Source: Acidimicrobiia bacterium
GTDB lineage: Bacteria > Actinomycetota > Acidimicrobiia > Spongiisociales > ZC4RG35
Length of the DNA: 64,000 nt
Assembly (NCBI GenBank): GCA_965215185.1
Contig: OZ244034.1
Span: 2,720,001-2,784,000, forward strand
Direction of reading: 5' to 3'
Part shown: in pieces, positions 30,499-40,665 of the stretch
Position numbering within the stretch: the first letter of the stretch is position 1
Layout: the number at the start of each line of letters is the position of its first letter
The notes under the pieces: model-generated
Database searches by the model: none
The model's input: the letters and a program-made list of their open reading frames with translations, nothing else
What the model was told of the DNA's origin: nothing
Position numbers and translations under genes: made by a program

Positions 30499-30744
30499 TA
30501 TTTGTACTTCCTACTGAAGGTTTGTTTTCGCTTAATTTCGGGCCTACCTGGTTGAATCGTGGATGGAAAAAACTTCACAACTCGAAAAGAAACGCCCTTG
30601 TGGCACATGGTAGAGCCCGGTAACCGCCGTTCGCTAGTCGCGTGTTGTTGGGAAGGGATTTGCGGTGAAAGAGAGGCCGGTCCCGGCCCGTTGCCCTGGG
30701 TTGACTCTTCTGGAGGAAGGGACGGTGGTCGCTACCTTAGGAGG

Positions 30745-31896
30745 GTGCGTTCCCGACGTCTTTTCTTGGGCACGGTGCTGGTTGTTGCCATGGCGGCTGC
30801 CACCTTTGCTCCCATAGTATTTGGGGTTCTCGCCTCGGAACTTATCTCTTCCTTGGGTATTGAACGTTGGCAGGTGGGGATGCTGGTAACCGCTTCCACT
30901 TTGGGGGGAGCGTTTCTTTCTTTATGGCTGGGCAGAGGGGCTGACATGGTCGGTGGGAGACGGGCAATCATTGCCACTCTGATGGTTGCGGGTCTCTCCT
31001 TGCTTTGGATCGGAATAGCTCCGGGGTTCGTCTTTATGTCCATCGCGGCATTTTTCGCCGGGATAGCATCGGCTTCCTCCAATCCGGCCACCAACAAGCT
31101 CATTTCTACAGAATTCGCCTCGGGGAGTCAGGGGCTGATTGTCGGAGTAAAGCAATCAGGCGTACAGATAGGGGTATTCCTAGGGGGTTGGCTGCTGCCG
31201 GTGTTCACCATTTGGTGGGGATGGCGATGGGCGGTTATACCTTTCGCGGTGGCGCCGCTGGTTATGGCGGGACTCTATTCAATGGTGACGACACACGTTG
31301 AAACTGTTGAGAGCGATACGGCCGATACACCATCGGGTCACCTGCCCAAGTTGATCTACCGCCTGGCGGTATATGGGTTCATGATGGGGACAGGCATGTC
31401 TGTGATTCTCACCTATCTGCCACTTTACGCGGAAGAGGTCTTGGGGATGAGTCGAGAGGCCGGTGGTTTGGCGGTGGCGGTTACGGGTCTAACAGGGATT
31501 GTTGCCCGGCTCGGTTGGGCGAATCTGGCTGAAGGTCGCCTTGGGTCGATGCGGAGCCTGAGGATCATTGCCTTGCTGGCGGTGATCACGGGAGTCGTCC
31601 TGACCTTGGCGGACCAGTTGGGCGCCTGGTCCATCTGGGTGGCGTCGGCGCTGACCGGTCTCAGCGGCAGCGCCTGGAATGCGGTGGGAATGCTGGCCAT
31701 CATCCGGACACTCCCGACATCTCTGGCGGGTAGAGGTTCAGGAGTGGTGCTGTTTGGTTTCTTGGGCGGTCTGAGTATGGGTGCTCCCCTGGTGGGATGG
31801 TCGGTGGATGTCTTGGGGACGTACACGCCGGGTTGGCTGGCTATCACCGCTTTATTCGCGGTCAGTTTCTTTGTTATAGACATGGACCGCAGGTAA
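30745..31896 (+). CDS. MFS transporter (tandem paralog 1)
   Basis: About 12 TM; GRGADMVGGRR motif A, NPATNKLIS, GVKQSG. Confidence 0.9.
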   Translation: MRSRRLFLGTVLVVAMAAATFAPIVFGVLASELISSLGIERWQVGMLVTASTLGGAFLSLWLGRGADMVGGRRAIIATLMVAGLSLLWIGIAPGFVFMSIAAFFAGIASASSNPATNKLISTEFASGSQGLIVGVKQSGVQIGVFLGGWLLPVFTIWWGWRWAVIPFAVAPLVMAGLYSMVTTHVETVESDTADTPSGHLPKLIYRLAVYGFMMGTGMSVILTYLPLYAEEVLGMSREAGGLAVAVTGLTGIVARLGWANLAEGRLGSMRSLRIIALLAVITGVVLTLADQLGAWSIWVASALTGLSGSAWNAVGMLAIIRTLPTSLAGRGSGVVLFGFLGGLSMGAPLVGWSVDVLGTYTPGWLAITALFAVSFFVIDMDRR

Positions 31897-32009
31897 CTGT
31901 CCCGGCGGCTCGGCATGGCCCTCGCCGATGTCCGTTTGGTCGAGGCGGGGGTTTTATTGCGAACGCAGACGGGCTTTCAAACAGTGTCGGCCGTGTTAGG
32001 TTTGAGTGT

Positions 32010-33230
32010 TTGAAATCCTCCCGTCATCTGCGTTTGGTCCCGGTCTTGGTCATAACCATGGCGGCCGTCACTCTGTCCATCACAACTTTCGGCGTTCTCG
32101 CCTCGGAGTTGATTTCTGCCATGAACATTGAACGGTGGCAGTTGGGGGCCCTGGCCACGTCTGGTACTTTGAGCGGAGCCCTATTCTCCGCACGGCTGGG
32201 GAAGTGGGTTGATCTGGTGGGTGGCCGGCGGGCCACCGTCACCACACTTATTCTGGCCGGAGTAGCCCTGTTCTGTGTGGGAGTGGCACCCGACTTCTCA
32301 CTGATGGTGGGAGCGGCTTTTCTGAGCGGAATTGCATCGGCCATCTCCAATCCTGCCACCAACAAGCTGATTTCGGTGGAGATCGAGCCCGGACGGCGGG
32401 GCGTAATCATGGGGATCAAACAATCGGGTGTGCAGGTCACCATTTTTCTGGGAGGTTGGCTGTTACCGGTCTTCACCGGTTGGTGGGGTTGGCGAGGGGC
32501 AGTCTTGACATTTGCGGCGGCGCCGCTGGTGGTGGGGATTCTCACTATGGCGAAAGGACCCGTGCCGGAGAATGTTCGATCTGCGCCGGATGAGGAAGAT
32601 CCCGCCCGGGAAGCTGAAGACCGGAAGAAAATAGAGCGACTTCCCCGTGTGGTTCGCCGTTTGACGATCTACGGGTTCCTGTTGGGGATAGGGGTGGTCG
32701 TAGTGGTCGTCTATTTGCCGCTTTATGCCGAAGAGGTACTCGGGATGAGCCGGAGGCAGGCCGGACTGCTGTTGGCGGTCACCGGACCGGTCGGGATTGT
32801 CGCCCGGATAGGGTGGGGGCGTTTGGCTGAGGGCCGGATGGGAATGGTCCGCAGCTTGATGATCATTGCTCTGCTGGGGGTGGTGTCGGGCGTTGCTTTG
32901 ACGTTCGGGGACCGGTTGGATATTTGGGTGATCTGGGTCACCGCAGGGGTGATCGGTCTTAGCGTTTTCGCCTGGACTTCGGTGGGAATGCTCGCCGTTA
33001 TCGAAGTCCTTCCGGCGTCGCTGGCTGGGAGAGGCTCGGGGGCGGTGTACTTCGGCTTCATAAGTGGTTTCGGAGTGGGCGCCCCCTTGTTCGGATGGTC
33101 GGTGGATGTGCTGGGCGTCTACGCTCCGGGCTGGTTGGCGATCACCGTTCTCTTCGCGGTCGGATTCTGGATCATGTTCGCGGTTAGAGGTGATGGAGCG
33201 CTCTCCAGACCGATCAGCACAGCCACATAG
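32010..33230 (+). CDS. MFS transporter (tandem paralog 2)
   Basis: GKWVDLVGGRR, NPATNKLIS, GIKQSG. TTG start chosen by alignment with the paralogs. Confidence 0.9.
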   Translation: MKSSRHLRLVPVLVITMAAVTLSITTFGVLASELISAMNIERWQLGALATSGTLSGALFSARLGKWVDLVGGRRATVTTLILAGVALFCVGVAPDFSLMVGAAFLSGIASAISNPATNKLISVEIEPGRRGVIMGIKQSGVQVTIFLGGWLLPVFTGWWGWRGAVLTFAAAPLVVGILTMAKGPVPENVRSAPDEEDPAREAEDRKKIERLPRVVRRLTIYGFLLGIGVVVVVVYLPLYAEEVLGMSRRQAGLLLAVTGPVGIVARIGWGRLAEGRMGMVRSLMIIALLGVVSGVALTFGDRLDIWVIWVTAGVIGLSVFAWTSVGMLAVIEVLPASLAGRGSGAVYFGFISGFGVGAPLFGWSVDVLGVYAPGWLAITVLFAVGFWIMFAVRGDGALSRPISTAT

Positions 33231-33425
33231 CCGACCTTGCCAGCACAATCGGGCGAGATTCTCTTTGGTTCCTCGCTTTAAGAAGGTTCCTGTTGCGCAA
33301 CAATTTTCTGGTTTCCCGGTAACTGCGAACCAACAATGCCTTGAGGAAGAGTTTGTAAAAGGCCTTGACTGCCCCGGCCCTTCCAGAGAGGAGCTTGCCG
33401 GACGGTAGGGAGTACCGTTTTCCTT

Positions 33426-34634
33426 GTGTATCCCCGTCGTCTGGCTCTGGGCGCGATGCTGGTCTTTACCATGTCATCGGCTACTTTTGCCATTCCTGTA
33501 TTTGGAGTGTTGGCATCCGAGTTGATCTCTTCTATGGGAATCAAGCGGTGGCAAATAGGATTGCTGGTGACCGCGGCCACCTTGGGGGGAGCGATGCTCT
33601 CGCCGATGCTTGGCAGGTGGGTGGATGTGGTCGGTGGGCATCGCGCCATCAATACGACCTTGGTGATCTCCGCGGTGGTCCTGTTCTGTGTGGGAATCGC
33701 GCAGGAGTTCTCCTTGGTTATCGGTGCAGCGTTTCTTGCGGGCTTGGCGATGGCCATTTCCAATCCGGCAACCAATAAGCGGATCTCGATGGAAACCGTG
33801 CCCGGCCAGCAAGGATTCCTCGTCGGGTTGAAACAGTCGGGGTCGTTGATCAGCGCGGCGATCGGGGGAATGCTGCTGCCAGTCTTCACCGGCTGGTGGG
33901 GGTGGCGATGGGCAGTGATCGTGTTTGCGGTGGCGCCCCTGGCAGTGGCGGTTCGTTACATGGCGCAGAAGCCACGATTGGACCCGGGCGGCGGCCGGTC
34001 AGATGGCGAGACTCAAACCAGGATCAGCGCGTCGCCCACCGGCCGACTTCCGGGGTGGATGCAACGTTTGACGGTCTACGCCTTCTTGATGGGGGCGGGC
34101 ATCACTTCCGTGCTCACCTATTTGCCGCTCTACGCCCAGGAAGTGTTGGGGATGAGCCAGGGCCAAGCCGGCTTGGCCCTGTCGGTTGCCGGATGGGCCG
34201 GAATGTTCAGCCTGGTGGGGTGGACTCGTTTGGCCGATGGACGGTTCGGGTCGCAGCGATGCCTGATAGTCATTGGCTGCCTGGGAATGGCATTGGGATT
34301 GGTTCTGGCATATGGGCCCACCTTGGGATGGTGGTCGATCTGGTTGGCCGCATTGCTTACCGGGCTTAGCGGCAGTTCCTGGAACGCGGTGTGCATGCTG
34401 GTCGTCATCCAGGGATTGTCGGAGTCATTGACCGGCAAGGGCTCGGGAGTGATGGCCGCCGGCGCGCTGGGCGGCGCGGGGGTTGGCGCACCTCTGCTTG
34501 GATGGTCGGTGGATCACCTGGGTGTCTACACACCGGGCTGGCTGGGGGTTGCCGCACTGTTTGCCGCCGGTACTGGAGTCATGGTGACAGTAAGGGGCGC
34601 TAGGAGCCTCCCGCAGTCGGCCAGAGGCGCATAG
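33426..34634 (+). CDS. MFS transporter (tandem paralog 3)
   Basis: GRWVDVVGGHR, NPATNKRIS, GLKQSG. Confidence 0.9.
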   Translation: MYPRRLALGAMLVFTMSSATFAIPVFGVLASELISSMGIKRWQIGLLVTAATLGGAMLSPMLGRWVDVVGGHRAINTTLVISAVVLFCVGIAQEFSLVIGAAFLAGLAMAISNPATNKRISMETVPGQQGFLVGLKQSGSLISAAIGGMLLPVFTGWWGWRWAVIVFAVAPLAVAVRYMAQKPRLDPGGGRSDGETQTRISASPTGRLPGWMQRLTVYAFLMGAGITSVLTYLPLYAQEVLGMSQGQAGLALSVAGWAGMFSLVGWTRLADGRFGSQRCLIVIGCLGMALGLVLAYGPTLGWWSIWLAALLTGLSGSSWNAVCMLVVIQGLSESLTGKGSGVMAAGALGGAGVGAPLLGWSVDHLGVYTPGWLGVAALFAAGTGVMVTVRGARSLPQSARGA

Positions 34635-34732
34635 CTTTCTCTTCGCCGGCAGACAGCCTTATGACAAGACCGCTTGCCACCGGATCCGGTGTTTGTCCAA
34701 AGCAATCGGTCGTGAAAGACGGGACGCAGCGG

Positions 34733-35383
34733 TTAGCGCCGCCGTATGACGGTCACACCGTCCGCAAAAGGTAGCAGAACCGCCTCAAGATCCGGAGAAG
34801 CGGCGACCGCATCGTTGAAGCGGCGAATGCCAGTGGTCTCAGGGGTCTGATCGGCGGCGTCGATCACCCGACCCGACCAGAGGGTGTTGTCGGCCACAAT
34901 CACCCCACCGGAGGTGACCAGTTGTGTCAAACTTTCAAGGTACAGGGGGTAGTTTGGCTTGTCAGCGTCGAGAAAAGCCATGTCAAAAGGGCCTTCCAAT
35001 CGGGATAGCGTGTCCCGGGCTGGGCCTATTAGAAGGGTTATGCGATCAGCCACACCGGCCTCTTCCCAAGCACGCCTGGCGTGGGCCGTGTACTCCTCCG
35101 AGAGGTCGCAGCACACTAGATGGCCACCTTCGGGAAGGGCTTCCGCCATCCATAGGGAAGACAGCCCAGTGAATGTTCCGATTTCAAGCACCTTCTTTGC
35201 GCCGATCAGCTTCATCAGCAATGCCAAGAAAGGACCCTGGAGGGGATGGATCTGCATTCTGGACAGTTCCGGATAGTGTCGAGCCGTTTCCTCGATCACC
35301 TTTCGACCCACAGAGTTGCCTTCCATGGACCTTGCAAGGGCGTATTCAGCGAGGTCAGCCTCCGTGGCTACATTCTTGCTCAC
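34733..35383 (-). CDS. CCoAOMT-like SAM-dependent O-methyltransferase
   Basis: VLEIGTFTG, FLDADK, DNTLWSG. Confidence 0.93.
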   Translation of the reverse strand: MSKNVATEADLAEYALARSMEGNSVGRKVIEETARHYPELSRMQIHPLQGPFLALLMKLIGAKKVLEIGTFTGLSSLWMAEALPEGGHLVCCDLSEEYTAHARRAWEEAGVADRITLLIGPARDTLSRLEGPFDMAFLDADKPNYPLYLESLTQLVTSGGVIVADNTLWSGRVIDAADQTPETTGIRRFNDAVAASPDLEAVLLPFADGVTVIRRR

Positions 35384-35543
35384 AAAGATCAGATTAGGGG
35401 AAGGGAAGCCAGGACAGAAAGAGGATGGCGTAAATAGGGGGAGCGAACCGCCTTTTTCAGCAGGGAAGTGGGTCGGTTGGCGCCGGCTTCGAGGCGGTCG
35501 GATCAGAGGACTGCCGTAGCGGTACCGTTAAAAACTGGTTCTC

Positions 35544-36164
35544 ATGTTGGTAGGCGCTCTTCGCACGAAAAGCAGGAAAAGGCGGGCAGGAGCCTGGTGG
35601 AACCTGCTGTTGTTGATCACGGTGTCCTGTGCAACCGGGGAGAACGTCGGTACTTCGGACGCATCCCAAGCGGTACAGGCTGCTGCGGATGCTTCCATGA
35701 CTACCGCGGCGGCAACCACCGTTACCACCCGGGTCTCCAACACGGTCGCTCCTATCACGACCGCCCCCGCGGTCAGCCCCACCGCCGCTACCGCTGCGAC
35801 GCCCACGCAGACCTCTACGACTTCGCCTACCACCCAACCAACCGCTGTTACTACCGCTGTGCCTACCACAGTTGCAGCCACCACCACTACCTTGCCTGAT
35901 GACCTAACTATTGTGGAGGTGGTTATCAGGCAAGGGAAAGCTATTTCTGAGGGAAGAGTCGAGGTTCCCCTTGGTAATCGGATCTCGATGCGATTCGATG
36001 CGGATGCCCGACTTGTAGTGCACATTCATGGCTATGACGAAGAAATCTCCGTGGAAGCCGGCGTTCAAACTGTGCATGAGTTCGAAGCGAACCTGCCCGG
36101 GATCTTCGAAGTGGAGGATCATGTGACCCATCGCCTGCTGATCGAGCTGAAGGTTTCGCCCTGA
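35544..36164 (+). CDS. Lipoprotein with Thr/Ala/Pro linker and C-terminal cupredoxin-like domain
   Basis: Lipobox TVSC, low-complexity linker, VHIHGYD...PGIFEVEDH. Confidence 0.7.
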   Translation: MLVGALRTKSRKRRAGAWWNLLLLITVSCATGENVGTSDASQAVQAAADASMTTAAATTVTTRVSNTVAPITTAPAVSPTAATAATPTQTSTTSPTTQPTAVTTAVPTTVAATTTTLPDDLTIVEVVIRQGKAISEGRVEVPLGNRISMRFDADARLVVHIHGYDEEISVEAGVQTVHEFEANLPGIFEVEDHVTHRLLIELKVSP

Positions 36165-36173
36165 GGTGAGAGG

Positions 36174-37505
36174 ATGACGCTGGCTCACGGTATCGGTGGT
36201 CGTCTCGATCTGCCCATCCCGCTCTTCTACTTCGTCTTGGCCGCCATTACGGTGCTGGTGCTGACCTTTGTGATGCTGTCGGCTCGGTGGCACGATCCTC
36301 GGATGCAGGGGGTGGTGGGCACAGAAGTGACGGCGACTCTGTGGCCGCGGTTGTTGGGAGTGATCTTTTCGGTCGTGACGCTCGCCTTGTTGGTGTTGCT
36401 GATGATCTCCGGCTTCTGGGGGTCAGAGGATCCAGTGGAGAACCCGGCGCCGGTCATGGTCTATGTGGGACTGTGGTTGGTCCTTCCGTTCCTGTCGGCG
36501 TTGGTGGGCGACTTTTACCGGGTGGTGGCGCCGTGGCGGGCGCTGGCCCGTTGGCTAGGAGTGGGGAGGACGGAGAAGCCGAAAACAGCCGACCGGCTTG
36601 GATACTGGCCGGCGGCGGCGGTGCTCTTGATCTTCACCTGGTGGGAGTTGGTGTCTCCCGTCGGAAGCGTTCCCGCTCTGCTGGCTTTGGCGGCAGTGGT
36701 CTATACCGCTTACATGCTGATCACCATGCAATGGTGTGGGCGTGCTACCCAACTGACCACCTGGGACGGGTTCGGGGCCTATAACCATCTAATGGGGGCC
36801 ATCGGTCCTTTTGGGAAAAACCGGCAGGGTGTATTGGTGCGGCGAGGATGGCTGCGGGGCCTGCCCATGGTGGCGGAGCGACCGGGACTCGAAGCTTTGG
36901 CGGTGGTACTGATCGGTGGCGTTACCTACGATGGTCTAATCGGGATCCCGTTCTGGCGCAATCAGTTGGCCGGTCCATTGGAGGACACCTTGGGGGCCAT
37001 CGGGTTGGAATGGCAATGGGCGGAGATGGTGGTGGGCACTATCGGGTTGGTAGCTGTGGTCTTGTTGATAGGGTGGGCGTTTCACTTGGCCTGCGCGGTA
37101 TCCCTGCATTTGTCCGATGTCCAAATGAGCGCCTCCCGGGTGCGGTTGCGATTCGCCCACACTTTGGCGCCCATCGCTTTCGCCTACGCCTTCGCTCACT
37201 ATTTCACCCTGGTCCTCTACGAAGGGCAGTTTTTCTGGAGCGCTATCAGTGATCCTTTGGGACGCGGCTGGGATCTGTTCGGGGTGGGGGAGCAGTCAGT
37301 TAACTACGCATTGGTATCTCCAACCGCGGTCTGGTACATCCAGTTGGTTGCGGTCATAGCCGGCCACGTGGGTGGGGTGATCCTGGCTCATGACCGGGCG
37401 CTGGTCGACTTCCCCGGTCCTAAGGCGGTTCGTTCCCAGTACGCCATGTTGGCGTTGATGGTGGCATTGACAATGGTGGCCCTCTTTATACTGACTACGG
37501 GATAA
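36174..37505 (+). CDS. Polytopic membrane protein (family often labelled 'fenitrothion hydrolase/FedB-like')
   Basis: AHGIGGRLDLPIP N-terminus, FAHTLAPIA, FAHYF, SDPLGRGWDLFG, GHVGGVILAHDRAL. Confidence 0.75.
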   Translation: MTLAHGIGGRLDLPIPLFYFVLAAITVLVLTFVMLSARWHDPRMQGVVGTEVTATLWPRLLGVIFSVVTLALLVLLMISGFWGSEDPVENPAPVMVYVGLWLVLPFLSALVGDFYRVVAPWRALARWLGVGRTEKPKTADRLGYWPAAAVLLIFTWWELVSPVGSVPALLALAAVVYTAYMLITMQWCGRATQLTTWDGFGAYNHLMGAIGPFGKNRQGVLVRRGWLRGLPMVAERPGLEALAVVLIGGVTYDGLIGIPFWRNQLAGPLEDTLGAIGLEWQWAEMVVGTIGLVAVVLLIGWAFHLACAVSLHLSDVQMSASRVRLRFAHTLAPIAFAYAFAHYFTLVLYEGQFFWSAISDPLGRGWDLFGVGEQSVNYALVSPTAVWYIQLVAVIAGHVGGVILAHDRALVDFPGPKAVRSQYAMLALMVALTMVALFILTTG

Positions 37506-37507
37506 AG

Positions 37508-37666
37508 ATGATTCTTACTCATATTCTGGGAGAGGGTTCAGCCGACGAATTCATCTTTTCTGCGTTGGTGTTGACCGGGCTGGTTTTGTTGTTGCGGCGA
37601 ACGGAGCGCCGGGCGCGCCAGCGTCGTCAAGACATGGAAGAGAAGGCTTCTGCCCACGAGCAGTAG
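37508..37666 (+). CDS. Small single-TM protein (52 aa)
   Basis: MILTHILGEGSADEFIFSALVLTGLVLLLRRTERRAR...; starts 2 nt after the previous stop. Confidence 0.65.
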   Translation: MILTHILGEGSADEFIFSALVLTGLVLLLRRTERRARQRRQDMEEKASAHEQ

Positions 37667-37729
37667 ATACCGTGAGCGGTGCGTCGTGGACCGCGAAGAT
37701 GGAGGAGCCTTTAAGATTGTGTATCCTCA

Positions 37730-38914
37730 GTGACGCATATGAGTGAGTTCTTAGCGGCGGCGGCGGCGGTTCTCAACGCTCCTGAAGAACTGGTGCTGCG
37801 GTCGGCCGAAGCGAAGGCCAGCGCCTTGGGAGGAACCCCCGATGATTACTTGGCGGCATGGGGGGGCGGCAAGTCCGCTCCCGCTCCTGCAACGCCTGCT
37901 CCCGCTCCTGCTGCACCTCCGCCTCCGGTAGAGAAGGCTCCCGAGCTCCCCGTTCCGGAAGTGATGCCTGCTCCGGCGGCGGCCGTGGCCGTGCAGCCAG
38001 GTCCTGTGGCAGTGGTGGTGGAAGAACCGCCTCCTCCCACCGTGGAGCCTGCGCCACTTCGGGTTCGCCGACGCCTGGGTGGAAGGCTGGGAGCGGTCAC
38101 CGGTGCGGCGATGGGGCTGGTGACCCTGGTGGCTCTAATCCCTCGACTGGCTACTCGCGTCGACACCCAGGGTGAAGAAGGTGTCTTCTCTCCCTCTCTG
38201 ATCTTGACGCCGAGTTCGGCCATCACCTGGCTGGTTGTCCTATTCGGTTTCTACGGAATAGTTTTGGCCTTGTTCACCACCGCGGCGGTGGGCTGGCACG
38301 GGCCCGGCATGCGTTTGGAGGAGGGTGGGATGCCCATCGTGGTGGGAGGCGCCCTGACGGGGTTTTTGGTCGGCGCGGCGGCCGCGGGGGTTGGGGTCGG
38401 GATGTTCGGGACGCAGATACCGGGCGCCGAGGAGGTGGAGACATCGGTGGCGGCCGCGTTGGTGGTGATTGTGCTGGCCGGGACTGTTCTGGGCTGGGCG
38501 GTGGGCCAAATCTCGCAGGTGCTGGGTATTCCCGAGGGTATGGCGGGGGCCGAAGGTGAGGAAGCGGGGACAGTGCGGTTCCGACTGGGTTCCGCTATTG
38601 CTCTTCCGGTAGTAGGGCTGCTGACAATCGCCAGCCTGGTGTTGCCCGCCGCCTATCTGTTTTTGAGCTTTCCAGGCTGGGCGCCAATCATGGGATCGGT
38701 GGTGGCTGTCAGCATTCTGACGTTTGCCGGGCTTTCCGCCTCCCGCCCTGGGATGCGGATCACCCGGGGGGAGTTTCTATTGGCCGCCGCGGGCATCGGG
38801 GTGGTGGTGTTCATCCTGGTGGCGGTACTGAACACCCAAGGGGCGGGACACAGCGAATCGGAGGAAGACCACGGGGTGGAAGCCGAGGCGATTGAGCTGG
38901 TCGTCTCTAACTGA
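37730..38914 (+). CDS. Hypothetical multi-TM protein with helical N-domain and Pro/Ala linker
   Basis: Long ORF with about 7 hydrophobic segments and a His/Glu-rich tail. Start GTG 37730 or ATG 37739. Confidence 0.75.
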   Translation: MTHMSEFLAAAAAVLNAPEELVLRSAEAKASALGGTPDDYLAAWGGGKSAPAPATPAPAPAAPPPPVEKAPELPVPEVMPAPAAAVAVQPGPVAVVVEEPPPPTVEPAPLRVRRRLGGRLGAVTGAAMGLVTLVALIPRLATRVDTQGEEGVFSPSLILTPSSAITWLVVLFGFYGIVLALFTTAAVGWHGPGMRLEEGGMPIVVGGALTGFLVGAAAAGVGVGMFGTQIPGAEEVETSVAAALVVIVLAGTVLGWAVGQISQVLGIPEGMAGAEGEEAGTVRFRLGSAIALPVVGLLTIASLVLPAAYLFLSFPGWAPIMGSVVAVSILTFAGLSASRPGMRITRGEFLLAAAGIGVVVFILVAVLNTQGAGHSESEEDHGVEAEAIELVVSN

Positions 38915-39719
38915 TCGGCGGGCGGGGCAGTTCCCGCTCTAACGAGTCCCAAGTCCGCTCAGCCCCGATCCATTTGAACCAGATCACCAGAATCGTTCCC
39001 CACAGGATCAAACCGCCCCCCAGTTTCATTATCAGTCCCGACACCTGCTGGTCGGTTATGGTGGAAATCCCAAAGTGGGCCGCCGAATCTATGTAGGACG
39101 GATATAGAGGGGTCCGACCGAAGGTCAAAAAGGAGGCGGGAACGGTGGGAATGATGGAATGTAAGAACAGGAGCAGCATCCGCAGGGGCGGATTGAGCCT
39201 GGGAATGAGTGGGGTGGGACTCACCACTGGTAGCCACACCAGGATGGCTACCGAGAACAGCCAGAAGTGGGCGACGAAATGGAAGAGACTTGAAGCCACC
39301 ATCGCCTCCAACACGGGCGGCCAGTGCAGTCCCGCCAAACTCAGGTGGAACAGGAAAAAGGTGGGAAGCGGCCTGCATAGTCGGCGTAGCACCGCTAAGA
39401 CCGACGGAGAACTGAGCAGATAGTCCGCCATCCAGCGAGGGGTTCCCATCAGCATCAGGGGAGGTATAACCAAAGCGACCAAAATGTGTTCGACCATGTG
39501 CAGACTGAAGAACACCTGCTCCGCCAAGTCGTGGAAGGGCCAACTGGAACTGGCGGCCAGGATCGCCAACGATCCAAACCACAGTGCCCGCTGGCGAGAA
39601 TTGGCCGAGGGTACGGTGGGCGCCACTAAGGGACGGACGCGAAGATCGGCATGGAGGTAGATCGCTCCCAGCGCCACCACCACCGCCAGGACATCCCAAT
39701 GAGGATGCCAGGGTGGCAA
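38907..39719 (-). CDS. ctaG: Cytochrome c oxidase assembly factor (Caa3_CtaG)
   Basis: FSLHMVEH, DQQVSGLIMK; last gene of the oxidase operon. Confidence 0.9.
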   Translation of the reverse strand: MPPWHPHWDVLAVVVALGAIYLHADLRVRPLVAPTVPSANSRQRALWFGSLAILAASSSWPFHDLAEQVFFSLHMVEHILVALVIPPLMLMGTPRWMADYLLSSPSVLAVLRRLCRPLPTFFLFHLSLAGLHWPPVLEAMVASSLFHFVAHFWLFSVAILVWLPVVSPTPLIPRLNPPLRMLLLFLHSIIPTVPASFLTFGRTPLYPSYIDSAAHFGISTITDQQVSGLIMKLGGGLILWGTILVIWFKWIGAERTWDSLERELPRPPIS

Positions 39720-39724
39720 AGTGT

Positions 39725-40039
39725 TCAGCTTCCCAGAGCGATCACGCCGAAACTCAGAAGCAATATCGCATAGAGAATCAGCGCCAGCACCAACCCCGAA
39801 GTGAAAAACTTCGAAAGGGTGGAGCTTTCAAAACGCAGATGCATGTACCAGCCCACCACGATCACGAACTTGAAAAAGGCCAGAATGATCAGAAGCGGAG
39901 CATCCCACCCCCCCATGTCGGCGCTTTCATTTACGTAAAAGAGCGCCACCTCGATGATGGTGAGCACCGCCAGCAGGACGGCGATCTTCACATATTGGAC
40001 GGGTGTTGGGTGGTGATGCTCACCAGGATGGGCGGCCAT
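39725..40039 (-). CDS. Cytochrome c oxidase subunit IV
   Basis: LAVLTIIEV...KFVIVVGWYMHLRFE. Confidence 0.9.
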   Translation of the reverse strand: MAAHPGEHHHPTPVQYVKIAVLLAVLTIIEVALFYVNESADMGGWDAPLLIILAFFKFVIVVGWYMHLRFESSTLSKFFTSGLVLALILYAILLLSFGVIALGS

Positions 40040-40041
40040 CG

Positions 40042-40665
40042 TCAACCACCCGGTACCGGCGCGTCGGCCAAGAGATAGACCACGGTGAAGATGACAATCC
40101 AGATGATGTCGACAAAGTGCCAATACAGACCCACCAACTCAAGGTTCAAACCTGAGCCCTCGGAGAGCCCTCCCTGCTTTCGGGAAATCCCATAGAGGGT
40201 GACCAGCATCAATACTCCCAGCAGAACATGGAACCCGTGGAACCCGGTTAGAAGAAAGAAGGCGGAAGCAGCCGGGTTGGTGGTCAGCTTCATCCCGCTC
40301 ACGGTTACGAATTCCGTGAACTCGAAGACCTGTCCTCCCAGGAACACCGAGCCCAGCATGGCGGTGGCCAAGAGCCAGGTGCGGGTGGCGTGCTGATCGT
40401 TGCGGGCCAAGCTATTGTGAGCCAGGACCATGGTCAGTGAACTCATCAACAGGGCAAAGGAGGAAAACGACGTGAAGGGAATGTCGTATATCTCGGCCGG
40501 GTAGGGCCGGGCAAAACCGGACTTTCCCTGATAGAGGAGGTAGTTGGTGATGAGGGCACCGAAAAACAGGAACTCGGAGCTGAGGAACACCCACATTCCC
40601 AGCTTTCGGCTATCGATGCCGGTCGACTCGTGCAGGTCATGATGATCCACGGTCGTTGCTTCCAT
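40042..40665 (-). CDS. ctaE: Cytochrome c oxidase subunit III
   Basis: WVFLSSEFLFFG, TGFHGFHV, YWHFVD. Confidence 0.95.
   Translation of the reverse strand: MEATTVDHHDLHESTGIDSRKLGMWVFLSSEFLFFGALITNYLLYQGKSGFARPYPAEIYDIPFTSFSSFALLMSSLTMVLAHNSLARNDQHATRTWLLATAMLGSVFLGGQVFEFTEFVTVSGMKLTTNPAASAFFLLTGFHGFHVLLGVLMLVTLYGISRKQGGLSEGSGLNLELVGLYWHFVDIIWIVIFTVVYLLADAPVPGG

Noticed and set aside
35700-35895. ACC/GCC-rich low-complexity tract as a repeat element
   Set aside because: It simply encodes the Thr/Ala/Pro linker of the lipoprotein.
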